From Candidatus Latescibacterota bacterium (lineage in GTDB: Bacteria > Latescibacterota > UBA2968 > UBA8231): 64,000 nt of DNA. The DNA lies in the NCBI GenBank assembly GCA_965208105.1, contig OZ242318.1, positions 2,624,001 to 2,688,000 on the forward strand, read 5' to 3'. Positions 1-9,305 of this stretch are shown one piece after another; the first letter of the stretch is position 1; the number at the start of each line of letters is the position of its first letter. The notes under the pieces are model-generated. The model had not been told where the DNA came from, made no database searches, and worked only from the letters and a program-made list of their open reading frames with translations. Position numbers and translations under genes: made by a program.

Positions 1-1
1 G

Positions 2-2665
2 CTCGGGCGGCTTCTGCAACACGCTGCGGCCAAGCCTGCTCTCCAGGATGCAGGAGAACCACGCACCGTGCGAATGATCTACTTCGTGTCCGATCCGCAG
101 GGCTTTCGGCAGGAAGTGGTGGACCAGATGAAGACAACGATCCGGGAGGTACAGCGCATTTTTGCCGATCAGATACGGGCGCACGGATTCGAAGAAACTA
201 CTTTCCGTTATGAGAAGGATGCACAGGACGAGCCCATGGTTCACCTCATATATGGGACCGGAGGCAATTACGACCATTGGCGCGCCCTTGGACGTATTCA
301 TCAGGGATTCGATCTCGACGCGAATGTATACTTCATCGTCCTTGGCAACGAGGAAGATCTTCTATCTCAAAACGCAATAGGAGGACTGGGACAGCAGTAT
401 ACAAAGACCGGGGGATGGGCGATGTTGGGACAGTATCTCGACCCCGATTTCGTTGCCCGGGCTGCCCATGAATTGGGCCATGCTTTCGGATTGGAGCACA
501 ATTTCAACGACGGGGAGTACATCATGTCCTATGGCCCCGGGCGAAGCAGGTTATCCGAGCTCAGCGCAGGCCACCTGGCCGTACATCCCCATTTCAATCC
601 TGCCAGTCCCACGGACCAGGAATCGCACACCGAGTTGCCCACAGGTCAAGTCGTTTCCTCGCGCACCTACCAGACAGGTGCGACAAGCGTCCCCATCCAG
701 CTCGAGCTCAGCGACCCGGACGGTCTTCAGCAGGTATCTCTATTCGTCACCACGCCGGAATCCCACTTTTCCGCGGGCTTGCCCGAATTGAAAACAGGCC
801 GCCTGCTGAGGGGCGCGACGGAGGCCGTCGTCGACTTCGAGTATGACGGGATCATTCCATCGGACAGGGATTATACGAGTCTCTCCACTCTTCTCACGCA
901 CAGGATAGAGTTTGAAGTCGTGGACCTGCTCGGCAATATCGGCAGGATAGGCCTGTCGCTGCTGCATGAGTCGACCCACAAGTTCGTCATCCCCCTGGAC
1001 CGGCGGGAAAGGACCGGGGCCTATGGTGTGACCTTTTCTCCCGATGGTAAAATCCTTGCCTCAGGGCTGGAGAACCAGACTGTTGCCCTGTGGAACGCTG
1101 AGACCGGGGAACATCTGGCCACCCTGGCGGGATATGAAGGGAGGGGGTGGTCCCCCCGGGTCTGGTCCGTGGCCTTTTCCCCAGATGGCACGGTTCTGGC
1201 CACGGGGACCTGGGAAGGCACCATCAAGCTATGGGACACGGCGACATGGACGGAGATCGACACCCTCCGGCATGGAGGTGCTGCAGGTCGGATCTATTCC
1301 CTGGCCTTTTCCCCAGATGGCAGGACCCTCGCCTCCGCGTTGACGGATGAATGGACGAGTCCTGCCCACACGATCAAGCTGTGGGAGGTGTCCACATGGA
1401 CCGAGGTCGCCGAGTTGAAAGGGCATGAGTTTGGTGTCCGTACCCTAGCGTTCTCGCCGGATGGAGAAACCCTGGCCTCAGGTGCTTTTGACGGCACCAT
1501 CAGGCTGTGGGACGTGGCCACAGGAGCGCAGGCCGGATACATCCCCTATGAGGCCGCAGTCACTTCCGTGGCCTTCTCGCCGGATGGGGAAACCCTCATT
1601 TCGGGAGCTTTCAACAACATGGTCGCTTTCTGGGACGTTGAGCAAAGGACCTTCAAAGCTCAGTTTGAGGTAGCCAGACAGAATCTCCTGCGCTATGTCT
1701 CCTTCACCTCCGATGGCGAGAAAGTCGTCTCCGCGACCCAGGGAGGAGCCATCGAGCTCTGGGAAGCGGATCTGCAGGCAGGGAGAATAGAGAGAGTGGC
1801 GGCCTTTCAGGCGGCCAGCGGCGACAAGCTGTACAACACTTCGGGAACATTTTCTCCCGACGGCACGATCTTGGCCACGTCCCTGGGCAATTGGGGAGAG
1901 GGGGATTACACCCTCGTCCTGTGGGATCTGTCTCCTTACGTCACCCCCGTTGTTCATGTGGCCGACTTCAACCTCAAATCGGCGGTTCGAGAAGTCCTGG
2001 GCGAGTCCGATTTCGGCCCCCTATTCAGGGAAGACATGGAGCGGTTGACCACACTCGACCTGAGGAACCGGGAGATTCGCGATCTCATCGGTCTCGAGTG
2101 GGCCACGCGACTGACGCGCCTTGATCTCAGGGGCAATCCGCTGAATACATCCGCCCTCAGCGCCCATATCCCAGCCCTGGAAGCCAGGGGCGTAGAGGTT
2201 TTGTTCCCACCAACGCCGCAGGTGGTGGCCAAGCTCTCGGCCGACGGCCAGCAGGCGCGGTCGGGCAGTCGAGTTCAGGATCTCCTGGTCGTCGAGGTGC
2301 TTGACCAGAACGGACTGGTCCTGCCCGGAGCGGTCGTGGAGTTCGAGATTACCCAGGGGGAGGGTACCCTTTCGGTATCTACCGACACCACCGACGCAAT
2401 GGGCCGCGCCTCCACTGTCCTGACCTTCGGGGAGGGGGCAGGTACTATCACCGTGGCGGTGAAGGTGAATGGCCTTGTTTCCGAAACCTTCACCGCAACG
2501 GCTCTTTCCATAGGAGACTTCAATGGCGACGGAGTAACCAGTTATGACGACTTCTTCCTCTTCGCCAAGGCGTTCGGCAGCAACGACCCCCGCTTCGACC
2601 TGGACGGAAATGGCAAGGTGGGTATTTCCGACTTCTTTATCTTTGCCGATCATTTTGAGCAATGA
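2..2665 (+). CDS. Multidomain surface protein, 5'-partial: metzincin-type Zn protease, WD40 propeller, LRR, Ig-like (Big) domain and dockerin/EF-hand-like tail
   Basis: The frame is open from position 2 (LGRLLQHAAAK...EPRTVRMIYF). It shows HELGHAFGLEH with a Met-turn (IMSY), about 7 repeats of V.S.AFSPDG..LA....D.TI.LW, LxxLDLxxN repeats, and a C-terminal GDFNGDG...DLDGNGKVGISDFFIF. Confidence 0.85.
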   Translation, partial: LGRLLQHAAAKPALQDAGEPRTVRMIYFVSDPQGFRQEVVDQMKTTIREVQRIFADQIRAHGFEETTFRYEKDAQDEPMVHLIYGTGGNYDHWRALGRIHQGFDLDANVYFIVLGNEEDLLSQNAIGGLGQQYTKTGGWAMLGQYLDPDFVARAAHELGHAFGLEHNFNDGEYIMSYGPGRSRLSELSAGHLAVHPHFNPASPTDQESHTELPTGQVVSSRTYQTGATSVPIQLELSDPDGLQQVSLFVTTPESHFSAGLPELKTGRLLRGATEAVVDFEYDGIIPSDRDYTSLSTLLTHRIEFEVVDLLGNIGRIGLSLLHESTHKFVIPLDRRERTGAYGVTFSPDGKILASGLENQTVALWNAETGEHLATLAGYEGRGWSPRVWSVAFSPDGTVLATGTWEGTIKLWDTATWTEIDTLRHGGAAGRIYSLAFSPDGRTLASALTDEWTSPAHTIKLWEVSTWTEVAELKGHEFGVRTLAFSPDGETLASGAFDGTIRLWDVATGAQAGYIPYEAAVTSVAFSPDGETLISGAFNNMVAFWDVEQRTFKAQFEVARQNLLRYVSFTSDGEKVVSATQGGAIELWEADLQAGRIERVAAFQAASGDKLYNTSGTFSPDGTILATSLGNWGEGDYTLVLWDLSPYVTPVVHVADFNLKSAVREVLGESDFGPLFREDMERLTTLDLRNREIRDLIGLEWATRLTRLDLRGNPLNTSALSAHIPALEARGVEVLFPPTPQVVAKLSADGQQARSGSRVQDLLVVEVLDQNGLVLPGAVVEFEITQGEGTLSVSTDTTDAMGRASTVLTFGEGAGTITVAVKVNGLVSETFTATALSIGDFNGDGVTSYDDFFLFAKAFGSNDPRFDLDGNGKVGISDFFIFADHFEQ

Positions 2666-2776
2666 CCCCGGTCGAAGCTTGTTGCCCTTGCGCGGGAGTT
2701 GATCGGTCTGCCTAAGTCAGCCTGGAGTTGACCCGGTTTGGTGGGTACCTTATCACTTGATGAAAAGGAGCCCTCC

Positions 2777-3091
2777 ATGCCTAAATCACGTATTCCCTAT
2801 CCCCCCGAATTTCGCCAGCAGATGGTCGAGCTGGTCCGCTCCGGACGCTCGCCAGGCTCCCTGGCCAAAGAGTTCGAGCCTTCGGCTCAGACGATCCACA
2901 CCTGGGTAAAACAGGCCGACCTCGATAGCGGCCGACGCCACGATGGCTTGACCACCTCCGAACGCGCCGAAATACGACGCTTACGGCGCCAGATCAAGCA
3001 GTTGCGCACCGAGCGCGACATCCTGGCAAAAGCAGCGGCCTGGTTCGCTCGCCAGACCGATTCGATGCCCACAGAGCCTTCGAATTCGTGA
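2777..3091 (+). CDS. IS3 transposase OrfA (HTH_Tnp_1)
   Basis: MPKSRIPYPPEFRQQMVELVRSG...ERDILAKAAAWFA, with SD aaggag upstream. Confidence 0.85.
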   Translation: MPKSRIPYPPEFRQQMVELVRSGRSPGSLAKEFEPSAQTIHTWVKQADLDSGRRHDGLTTSERAEIRRLRRQIKQLRTERDILAKAAAWFARQTDSMPTEPSNS

Positions 3092-3560
3092 AGGCGTATC
3101 AGGCCCTCTATCCGGTGACCACGCTGTGCCGTGTGCTGGGTGTCTCCTCCAGCGGCTACTACGCGTGGCGCAAGCGGCGGCCCTCAATATGGCCCTGGCT
3201 CAGCGTCGACCGCAGGAGGTGATTCATCATTCCGATCAAGGCTGCCAATACACCTCCATCGCCTTTGGCCAGCGCTGTAAAGCCGCGGGAGTACGGCCGT
3301 CGATGGGCTCGGTGGGCGATTGCTTTGACAATGCCCTGTGCGAAAGTTTCTTTGCTACCTTGGAATGCGAACTCATAGATCGCTATACCATTCGCTCCCA
3401 AGCCCAGGCTCGCATCGCCCTTTTTCGTTTTATCGAGGGTTGGTACAACCCCCATCGCAGCCACTCGGCCATAGACTATATGTCGCCCATCAGCTATGAA
3501 GAGAGATGGAAGGAAGGTCTGGAAATCTCAAGTCCAAAACCGTCCACCAAACCGGGGTAA
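3079..3560 (+). pseudogene. IS3 OrfB (DDE core), internally deleted and frameshifted
   Basis: The N-terminal part FEFVKA...LCRVLGVSSSGYYAWRKRRPS joins out of frame at gccctca (~3180-3186) to ALNMAL...HHSDQGCQYTS...DNALCESFF...WYNPHRSHS. The first catalytic Asp region is missing. Confidence 0.85.
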
Positions 3561-3565
3561 CTCCA

Positions 3566-6136
3566 TAGAGCGAATTCTTTGCCCTCCTTGATTCGCTGAT
3601 TAATGAGTTTCTTGCGCAAGGCTCCGGTTCCGGCCAGTGCCACCTCGTCATCACGGAGCGAGAACCATTCCACTTCCGGTTGCTCGATCAGGTCCCACGG
3701 CGGGTTGCCGATGACCGCGTCGAAGCCTCCCCGGGGTCGGTCGCTCTGCCAGTTCCGCCACACCCCTGGAAAGGCCGCCTCCCAGTGCAGGAAGCCTTCC
3801 TGGCCGGCGAGAGTGCAGGCTTCGTTCCAGCGCTCGCTAAACATCGTCCAGGTTTCGACGTCTTTATCGGGCGGCTCGCCGCCCAGGTGGTTTGGTCCCC
3901 GCGCCAGAAGCTTATACGCTTCCGCCGGCTGGCGGCCGAGCGTAAGGTCCAGCGGCCCCTCGAAGGCGTCCCGTTCCTTCTTCTTCATCCCCGCCGTCAG
4001 CCAGCGCCAGCCGCAGAGGATATCCAGCAAGCCGCGGAGGTCCGCGGTCGTCTTCTCTACCACCTCGAACAACTCTGCCGATTCCCGCACCTCGGTCACG
4101 TCGGCATCGGACATTTCCTCGATGCGCTGCATGCCCTCCGTGGCCGCCTCGGCCCCGGCAATAGCACTTTGGGCGAACATCCTGGCCAGGCGGTACAGGT
4201 CCTTTACTGCCTGCCCCACCCGCAAGCCCACGAGGGAATCGCCGCAGCGCAGGTGGTGGTCGAGGAAGGAGAGGGGCGCGCCCACGGTGAAGCTGTGCAA
4301 CCACAGCGACACCTTGGCCAGCTCGACGGTCAGACGGTTCTTGTCCACCCCGTAGATGCAGCGCTTGAGCACCATGCGGCGGATGATGGCCTGGTCGGTG
4401 AGCTGGGCCTCGTCCAGGACCCACCGGGCCTCAGCCGCCCGTTGTTTTATTTCGGCCCGAATCTTCGCTACTCGCTGCACCAGCGGCGAGGCGTAGTCTC
4501 CGTCGAGCCACTCCGGGACCGCCGGAACGTACTCGATGAGCTCGGCGATGTAGTCGGAGAGGAAGTCCACCGCGGTGACCAGGAAATGGCCGCTGCCCAT
4601 GGCGGGGTCCAGGACCTTGAGGTCGAGGACGGCCACCGCGGGGTCGAGCATCTGGAGTTCGGCCTGGCGTTTCTCCCTGGAACGGCGGTCCCTCTTGAGG
4701 TCTGCGGCCTTGTCCTCGAAGGCCCTGAGACGCTCTTCTGCCAGCGGCTTCAGGGTGCGATCGACTATCAGGTCAACCAGGTCCTGGGAGGTGTAGAAGC
4801 TGCCGCTGTCCTTGCGGGCGTAGGGATTGGGGCGGATGACGGTCTCGCCGTTGTCGTCCCGCACCGGCTCGCGCTCGAGCAGGCGCTCGTAGATCGAGCC
4901 GAGCTGCTGCACCGACATGTCGCGGTAGTTGATGAAGCGGCGCCGGCCCTGGGCGGAGGGGGCGTGACTCAGGTCGTAGATGATGGGAGCGACCTCGTCG
5001 TCGGCCAGACGGACCTCCTCCAACAGGGGAGCCGCCTCCGTAGCGAACAGCCCGCCATTGTAGGGCGGCAGACCGATGGATGGATCGCCCTTGTCGATGA
5101 GCGAGAACAAGGTCGTCAGATGGTTGTAGTAGGTGCTGGCCTGGGTGGAGAAGATATCGTTCGCTACCATCCTGGAGGCGATGTGATCGCGAACCGGCTT
5201 GCGCAGGCCATAGTCGTCGTAGCGCGCGTCGTTGACCGGCAGCAGACCGCGGTCCTCGGCGTATAGCACGAAGAGCAGACGATAGAGGAAGATCAGCGCC
5301 GCCTCCCGGCTATCCGCGAGGCCCCTCTCCGATTTCCGGGCGAGAGCATCGACCAGGCGGGGGAAGACGCGCTCGAACACCACGCTGGATAGATCCTGCG
5401 CCACCTGGTCCTCGTAGCGCCGGCCCTCGGCCAGCGCCGCTTCGAGAAAGGTGGTCGTCGCACCGTCCCTCAGGGTGAAGGAGTTGCGGTGAAACAGCAG
5501 GAAGAAGGTCCTCAGCCCATCTTCACCATCTCCTTCCCGCAGCCCGAGCAGAGATCCCAGGTCGGCTTCGAAATAGCCGCTGGCGCGAGGCCGGGCGCGG
5601 TAGTCGTAGAGACGCCACACACTGCCGTTGGTGAGGATGCCCCATCGCATGCGGCTCTCCGACTCGATGTCGGCTGTGGAAAGGTACCTGAGGATTTGGC
5701 CGTGCGGCGTCCTGGCCTGGACTTTGTCGTCCCGGTCCCGGTCGTCCAGGGACAGCCCGAAGCGCTTGCTCTCTTCAACCGCCGCGGCGAAGCGGAACCG
5801 GTCTCCGGCCATCGGTTCGGCGGCGGCCGCCTGCTTGGCGGCGGAGTCGGCGAAAAGCAGACGGTCGGGTATGTCCTCGTTGCGGGCAACGCCCTGCTGC
5901 GGCAGGTAGTCAGACCACCCAAGAAGCTCCAGCGCCGGGCGGATCAAGTCCTGCTCGGTGACCGCTTCGTTGGGGCCATGAGACCGGCGCAGGTCCTCGT
6001 GGCGCCGGGCGACGCCGCTCCTGAACGCGGCAAATGCCTGCGGCCGGTCAACCGAGGCTTTCCACTCGGGCGTTTCCTTAATGCCGTCAGTGAGGAAGTA
6101 GTGAGTGAACAGCTGACCAGGCATGTCAGCTACCAA
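3566..6136 (-). pseudogene. Type IIG (Eco57I-like) restriction endonuclease-N6-adenine methyltransferase fusion, 3'-truncated by IS3
   Basis: N-terminal PD...EESK nuclease-like motif and WGILTNG; YNGGLF; GSFYT; motif I DPAMGSGHFL; motif IV GNPPW. The frame runs into the IS3 IRR about 45 aa after NPPW, so there is no target-recognition domain. Confidence 0.85.
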
Positions 6137-6145
6137 CGCTGGCGC

Positions 6146-6391
6146 TCAGAATTGCTGCGCATAGATGTCCAGAACTTTGCGGATCATACTTTGGTAGGGG
6201 ACCCCGTTCTCCCGCGCTTTTACCTTGAAGAAATCAACGCTCCTTTTGTTGAGGTTGAGCGTGACCCGCACGGTTTCCTCTCTTGGAACGAGTTGGTCGG
6301 GCGGCGGCAGGAAATCAGCAACCACCTCTGCCTGATCGATCGCTTCTGCAATATCAAGAGGTGCTTTCTCATATTTTCTTTTATTGTTCAT
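6146..6391 (-). CDS. CopG/BrnA-like ribbon-helix-helix antitoxin
   Basis: DFLPPPDQLV...VRVTLNLNKRSVDFFK..A...GVPYQSMIRKVLD. Start MNNKRK follows an aaggag SD. Confidence 0.75.
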   Translation of the reverse strand: MNNKRKYEKAPLDIAEAIDQAEVVADFLPPPDQLVPREETVRVTLNLNKRSVDFFKVKARENGVPYQSMIRKVLDIYAQQF

Positions 6392-6476
6392 AACGCTTCG
6401 CTCCTTCGCGCCAGTAACCGGCACCAAAAATGCGGATATTGCCTCCTCGATAAGTAAAGAGTGCATATTGATACAT
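6381..6476 (-). pseudogene. BrnT-like toxin remnant (31 aa; not in the ORF track)
   Basis: MYQYALFTYRGGNIRIFGAGYWREGAKRYEQ* resembles a BrnT-type C-terminus (FTYR...IRI.GA..WR) and overlaps the antitoxin start. Confidence 0.65.
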
Positions 6477-6508
6477 ATTTTTATACATATATTTTAAGCC
6501 CATGTCAA
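6471..6508 (-). promoter_or_regulatory. sigma70 promoter of the TA (and RM) unit, with repeated candidate operator motif
   Basis: TTGACA (6508-6503), 17-nt spacer, TATAAA (6485-6480). The octamer atacatat occurs at 6471 and 6483. Confidence 0.7.
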
Positions 6509-6835
6509 GATCTCACAAGTCGACCGGGGAACCTGGTCTTTCGGGCAGACCTGTTGGTACTTCGGCATTTCCACTTACATCAATGATGCAGACCGAGATT
6601 CTGCGCGCCTCCTCTGGAGAAAGAATCGCTTGCAATCGCTCTTTCAACTCTATGGCGTTGCTCGGAGAAGTGCCTGAGGGAAGGGACGCCGCGGCGGGTC
6701 AACCGGTGGATATCCAGCGGCAAGGATAGGGCATCGTGCCAGTTGCCTGTACATCACCGAGGCAAGTGCATCACATGCAGGCTGTCGATCAACTGAGGCC
6801 CTGTGTTGGAGTTGTTCGATCAAGGCACGGTTTTC

Positions 6836-7561
6836 TCATTCGTCCTCGACCACATGCCTGTTCATCTGTTGGACCAGGGGTGGCATCCGGTCCCGCACGC
6901 TGCGCTTCATCAAATGCCAATCACCGGCCCCGGGGTCCATCCACGACGCGTAATACGTAACTCCCACCCCCACGCGGTGCTTGTCCGCGGTGACATTGGC
7001 CCCGCCGCCATGCCAGATAGAGCCGTGAAAAATCACGGCGGACCCCGCCGGCCCCTCGGCGGCAACCAGGTGTTTGTAATCCACCCCGGCTCGAGGCACT
7101 CGGCGCGAATGGTGGCTGAAGGGCATCAGCCTGGTCGCGCCGTTCTCGAAGGTGAAGTCGGTCATCATCCACATACTGTTGACGATGAAACAGGCGTCCG
7201 GTACCGGCAGGCCGGATTGGGAGAACCAGCCTATGGGCACATCTGCGTGGAGCTTCGGCTCTTTTGCGCCCGGCTTGATCCAGATGGCGCCGACTGAACC
7301 GCCCAACTGAAACTGCGGTCCGAGCATATGCTCCGCCAGCTCCAGGTAGACCGGGTTGGTGACGAGCGGAACGAAGGTGTCCTGGTCATCGATATTCAAC
7401 AGGCCTTGCTGACCCTGGTTCAGTTGATTCGCACTCGGTTGCCGGTTCAAAATTTCCATCACCCGTTTTGCCATGCGGTCTGCTTCATCGGTGGGAATGA
7501 GGTTGGGTATGATGACGAAGCCATATTCTTCCAGCTCGATCTTCAACTGCTCGACGTCCAT
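6836..7561 (-). CDS. Phytanoyl-CoA dioxygenase (PhyH) family Fe(II)/2OG oxygenase
   Basis: LHAD...DFTFENGAT...P.SH...GS..IFHGSIWHGGG.N...R. Strong SD before MDVEQ. Confidence 0.9.
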   Translation of the reverse strand: MDVEQLKIELEEYGFVIIPNLIPTDEADRMAKRVMEILNRQPSANQLNQGQQGLLNIDDQDTFVPLVTNPVYLELAEHMLGPQFQLGGSVGAIWIKPGAKEPKLHADVPIGWFSQSGLPVPDACFIVNSMWMMTDFTFENGATRLMPFSHHSRRVPRAGVDYKHLVAAEGPAGSAVIFHGSIWHGGGANVTADKHRVGVGVTYYASWMDPGAGDWHLMKRSVRDRMPPLVQQMNRHVVEDE

Positions 7562-7591
7562 ACCTTCCTCCTTTCCAAGATACAAGGTCTA

Positions 7592-7753
7592 GTGTCCCGT
7601 CGCAGAGATAGGTTGACGCAATTGGGCCGCCGAGGCGCCAGGCTCACAAGGCGCCTGAGCAAGCCGTACCAGTGGTGTACGGCGAGTGAAGGCAACGCCG
7701 TGAGCCGGGATGGATCGGCGGAATAATGACGACATATTTCTGCCACGGGACAC
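7592..7753. repeat. 162-bp MITE, copy 1
   Basis: Terminal inverted repeats gtgtcccgtcgcaga / tctgccacgggacac. It differs at 10 positions from the copy at 34251-34412. Preceded by TA; the right-hand TA is restored when the IS110 is removed. Confidence 0.85.
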
Positions 7754-7824
7754 TGATATGTATTGACGGTTGTCAACCCCCTCCGGGGTGGTCGTTTCGG
7801 GTGTTATCTTTGCATGAGTTTGTT

Positions 7825-7994
7825 CGGGAACAGAAGGGACGCTGTAGCGACGGTTGATCCGACTGATATTCGCGGGTTGGTTACCGCCTGTCCTGGGTGC
7901 GTCGCGGAGCGGCCTCAATCTAGAGTCGAGGGTCAGCCTGATAGGCGCCTCATAGTGTCTTCGAGGATTCTCCTGACCGGTCCCTTCTGTCCCG
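7825..7994 (-). ncRNA. Candidate bridge/seek RNA of the IS110 element
   Basis: Enclosing stem 7825-7840/7980-7994. Internal segments GACACTA and CTCTAG match the target, and ATATCAG matches the donor junction. Confidence 0.65.
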
Positions 7995-8047
7995 TTTCGA
8001 TTTACATGAGCAAAGGTCCTATGCCGGCTTCTGAGACGATGAGCTTA

Positions 8048-9187
8048 TCAGGCGGCGATCCGAGGCCTCCTGGCCACGAGGCGGCCGGGGCGTTTCTGCT
8101 CCCAGGCGATGGCCCAGATGAAACCCAAAAGCTCCCGCGCGATCGCGCAGCACACCTTGTTCTTCGGCATCCCTCGCCCACTCAGCCGTCGATAGCGTCC
8201 ACACAGGCGTTTCTGTGCCTTCCAGGCGATGGCCTGTATGGGGGGTGCGGTCTGTTCGGCGCGTCGTTGCAAGGCGGCCGTCTTGCGGGCGGGAAAGCGA
8301 TAGCACCAGGCCGCTTCCACCAGCACGCGCCGCACGTGGGCGTTGCCCGCCTTGGTGATCGCCCCTCGCTTTTGGCGGGAGCCGCTGGAATGCTCGCTGG
8401 GGACCAGACCGACGAAGGCCATCAGTTGGCGCGGCGAGTCAAAGCGGGTGAGGTCCCCCAACTCGGCCAGGGTCGTAACCGCGGTGAGCGTGTCTACCCC
8501 GCGCAGCGCCCTCATAGCCCGCGTCTCCCCTTCCAAAGACCATCCCTCCAGCGCCTGCTGCAGGGCCTGGTCCAACCCCTGGATCCGACCTTGGGCTTCC
8601 TGTACCGCGTCCACGTATTCCTGAAAGACGATCTGCTGGGCCGGATGATCGAAGCGCTGGGTCTGCAGCCAGCGAAAGTGGGCTTGGGTCCAGCGACTGC
8701 GCCCGGAGTAGATCCGGCCGTGGCGCTGCAAGAAGCTGTTCAGCCGCTGGCGCACGCGGCGCTCGGCGTGCTTGAAGTCTTCCCGGCAGCGCTCCAGATC
8801 GCGCATCGCCTCCTGCGCTTCGTCGGGCACCCACACGGGGGTCAACTCGCCGTGTTGGAAAAGCCGCACCAGAGACACAGCATCGCGGCGGTCGGTCTTG
8901 ATGCGGTCGCCCGGCCGACGCGGGATCAGCGAGGGCGCCACCACCGTGCAGGCGTGCCCCAGGGCTGTGAGCTGACGGTAGACGCCGTAGCCGCAGGGTC
9001 CGGCCTCGTAGCAAAACCGCAACGAGGTCCCACCACGGGCCAGTTGGCCCGCCAGCTTGGACAACGCGGCGCCCGTAGACGGTATCGTTCCATACAGGTC
9101 TGGCCCTTTTCGGCCTTCACCGGCCAGGGCGACGGTGATCGAATCTTTATGTATGTCCAAGGCGACGAATTTCGTAGATTTACGCAT
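8048..9187 (-). CDS. IS110 family DEDD transposase/recombinase
   Basis: VALDIHK, CYEAGPCG, KTDRRDA, C-terminal GLVPSEHSSG (catalytic Ser) and ARELLGFIWAI. SD gaaggaggagg before MRKSTK. Confidence 0.95.
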   Translation of the reverse strand: MRKSTKFVALDIHKDSITVALAGEGRKGPDLYGTIPSTGAALSKLAGQLARGGTSLRFCYEAGPCGYGVYRQLTALGHACTVVAPSLIPRRPGDRIKTDRRDAVSLVRLFQHGELTPVWVPDEAQEAMRDLERCREDFKHAERRVRQRLNSFLQRHGRIYSGRSRWTQAHFRWLQTQRFDHPAQQIVFQEYVDAVQEAQGRIQGLDQALQQALEGWSLEGETRAMRALRGVDTLTAVTTLAELGDLTRFDSPRQLMAFVGLVPSEHSSGSRQKRGAITKAGNAHVRRVLVEAAWCYRFPARKTAALQRRAEQTAPPIQAIAWKAQKRLCGRYRRLSGRGMPKNKVCCAIARELLGFIWAIAWEQKRPGRLVARRPRIAA

Positions 9188-9305
9188 GGCCTCCTCCTTC
9201 TCGCTGGGGATAGGTCTTTGGGTGAACTCCGTTTTCCCAAAGATAACCCCCGACAACCGAGTCGGAGGAGGTCTTTCATATCTCCGTCAATACATAAGGT
9301 CTAGG

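Larger units (their letters stand above)
2723..3565 (+). mobile_element. IS3-family element with internal deletion (843 bp)
   Basis: IRL tggagttgacccggtttggtgg starts at 2723 and IRR ccaccaaaccggggtaactcca ends at 3565, giving TG...CA ends. orfA and a partial orfB lie inside. Flanks (cagcc / tagag) show no matching duplication. Confidence 0.9.
7755..9302 (-). mobile_element. IS110-family (IS1111-type) insertion sequence, ~1548 bp
   Basis: Subterminal IRs tatgtattgacgg (7757-7769) and ccgtcaatacata (9284-9296). The ATG-starting IR is 7 bp from the left end and 3 bp from the right end. Duplicated CT core at 7753-7754 and 9301-9302. Long 3' non-coding region. Confidence 0.9.

Noticed and set aside
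1030-1930. Periodic DNA repeats that could suggest a CRISPR array or DGR
   Set aside because: They are WD40 codon repeats (the same applies to the RCC1 repeats at 10450-11200). No spacer structure, cas gene or reverse transcriptase is present in the window.
3566-6136. BREX PglX or DISARM methylase
   Set aside because: No brx/pglZ/drm genes in the window, and the N-terminal nuclease-like domain favours stand-alone Type IIG.
3603-6457. Long plus-strand ORFs (528 and 322 aa) opposite the R-M gene
   Set aside because: Antisense shadows typical of high-GC coding DNA, with no motifs.
6510-6680. Possible gene remnant on the minus strand (IELKERLQAILSPEEARRISVCIIDVSG)
   Set aside because: No start, SD or recognisable family.
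7763-9304. 513-aa plus-strand ORF spanning the IS110
   Set aside because: Antisense to the transposase, with no recognisable domain or SD.
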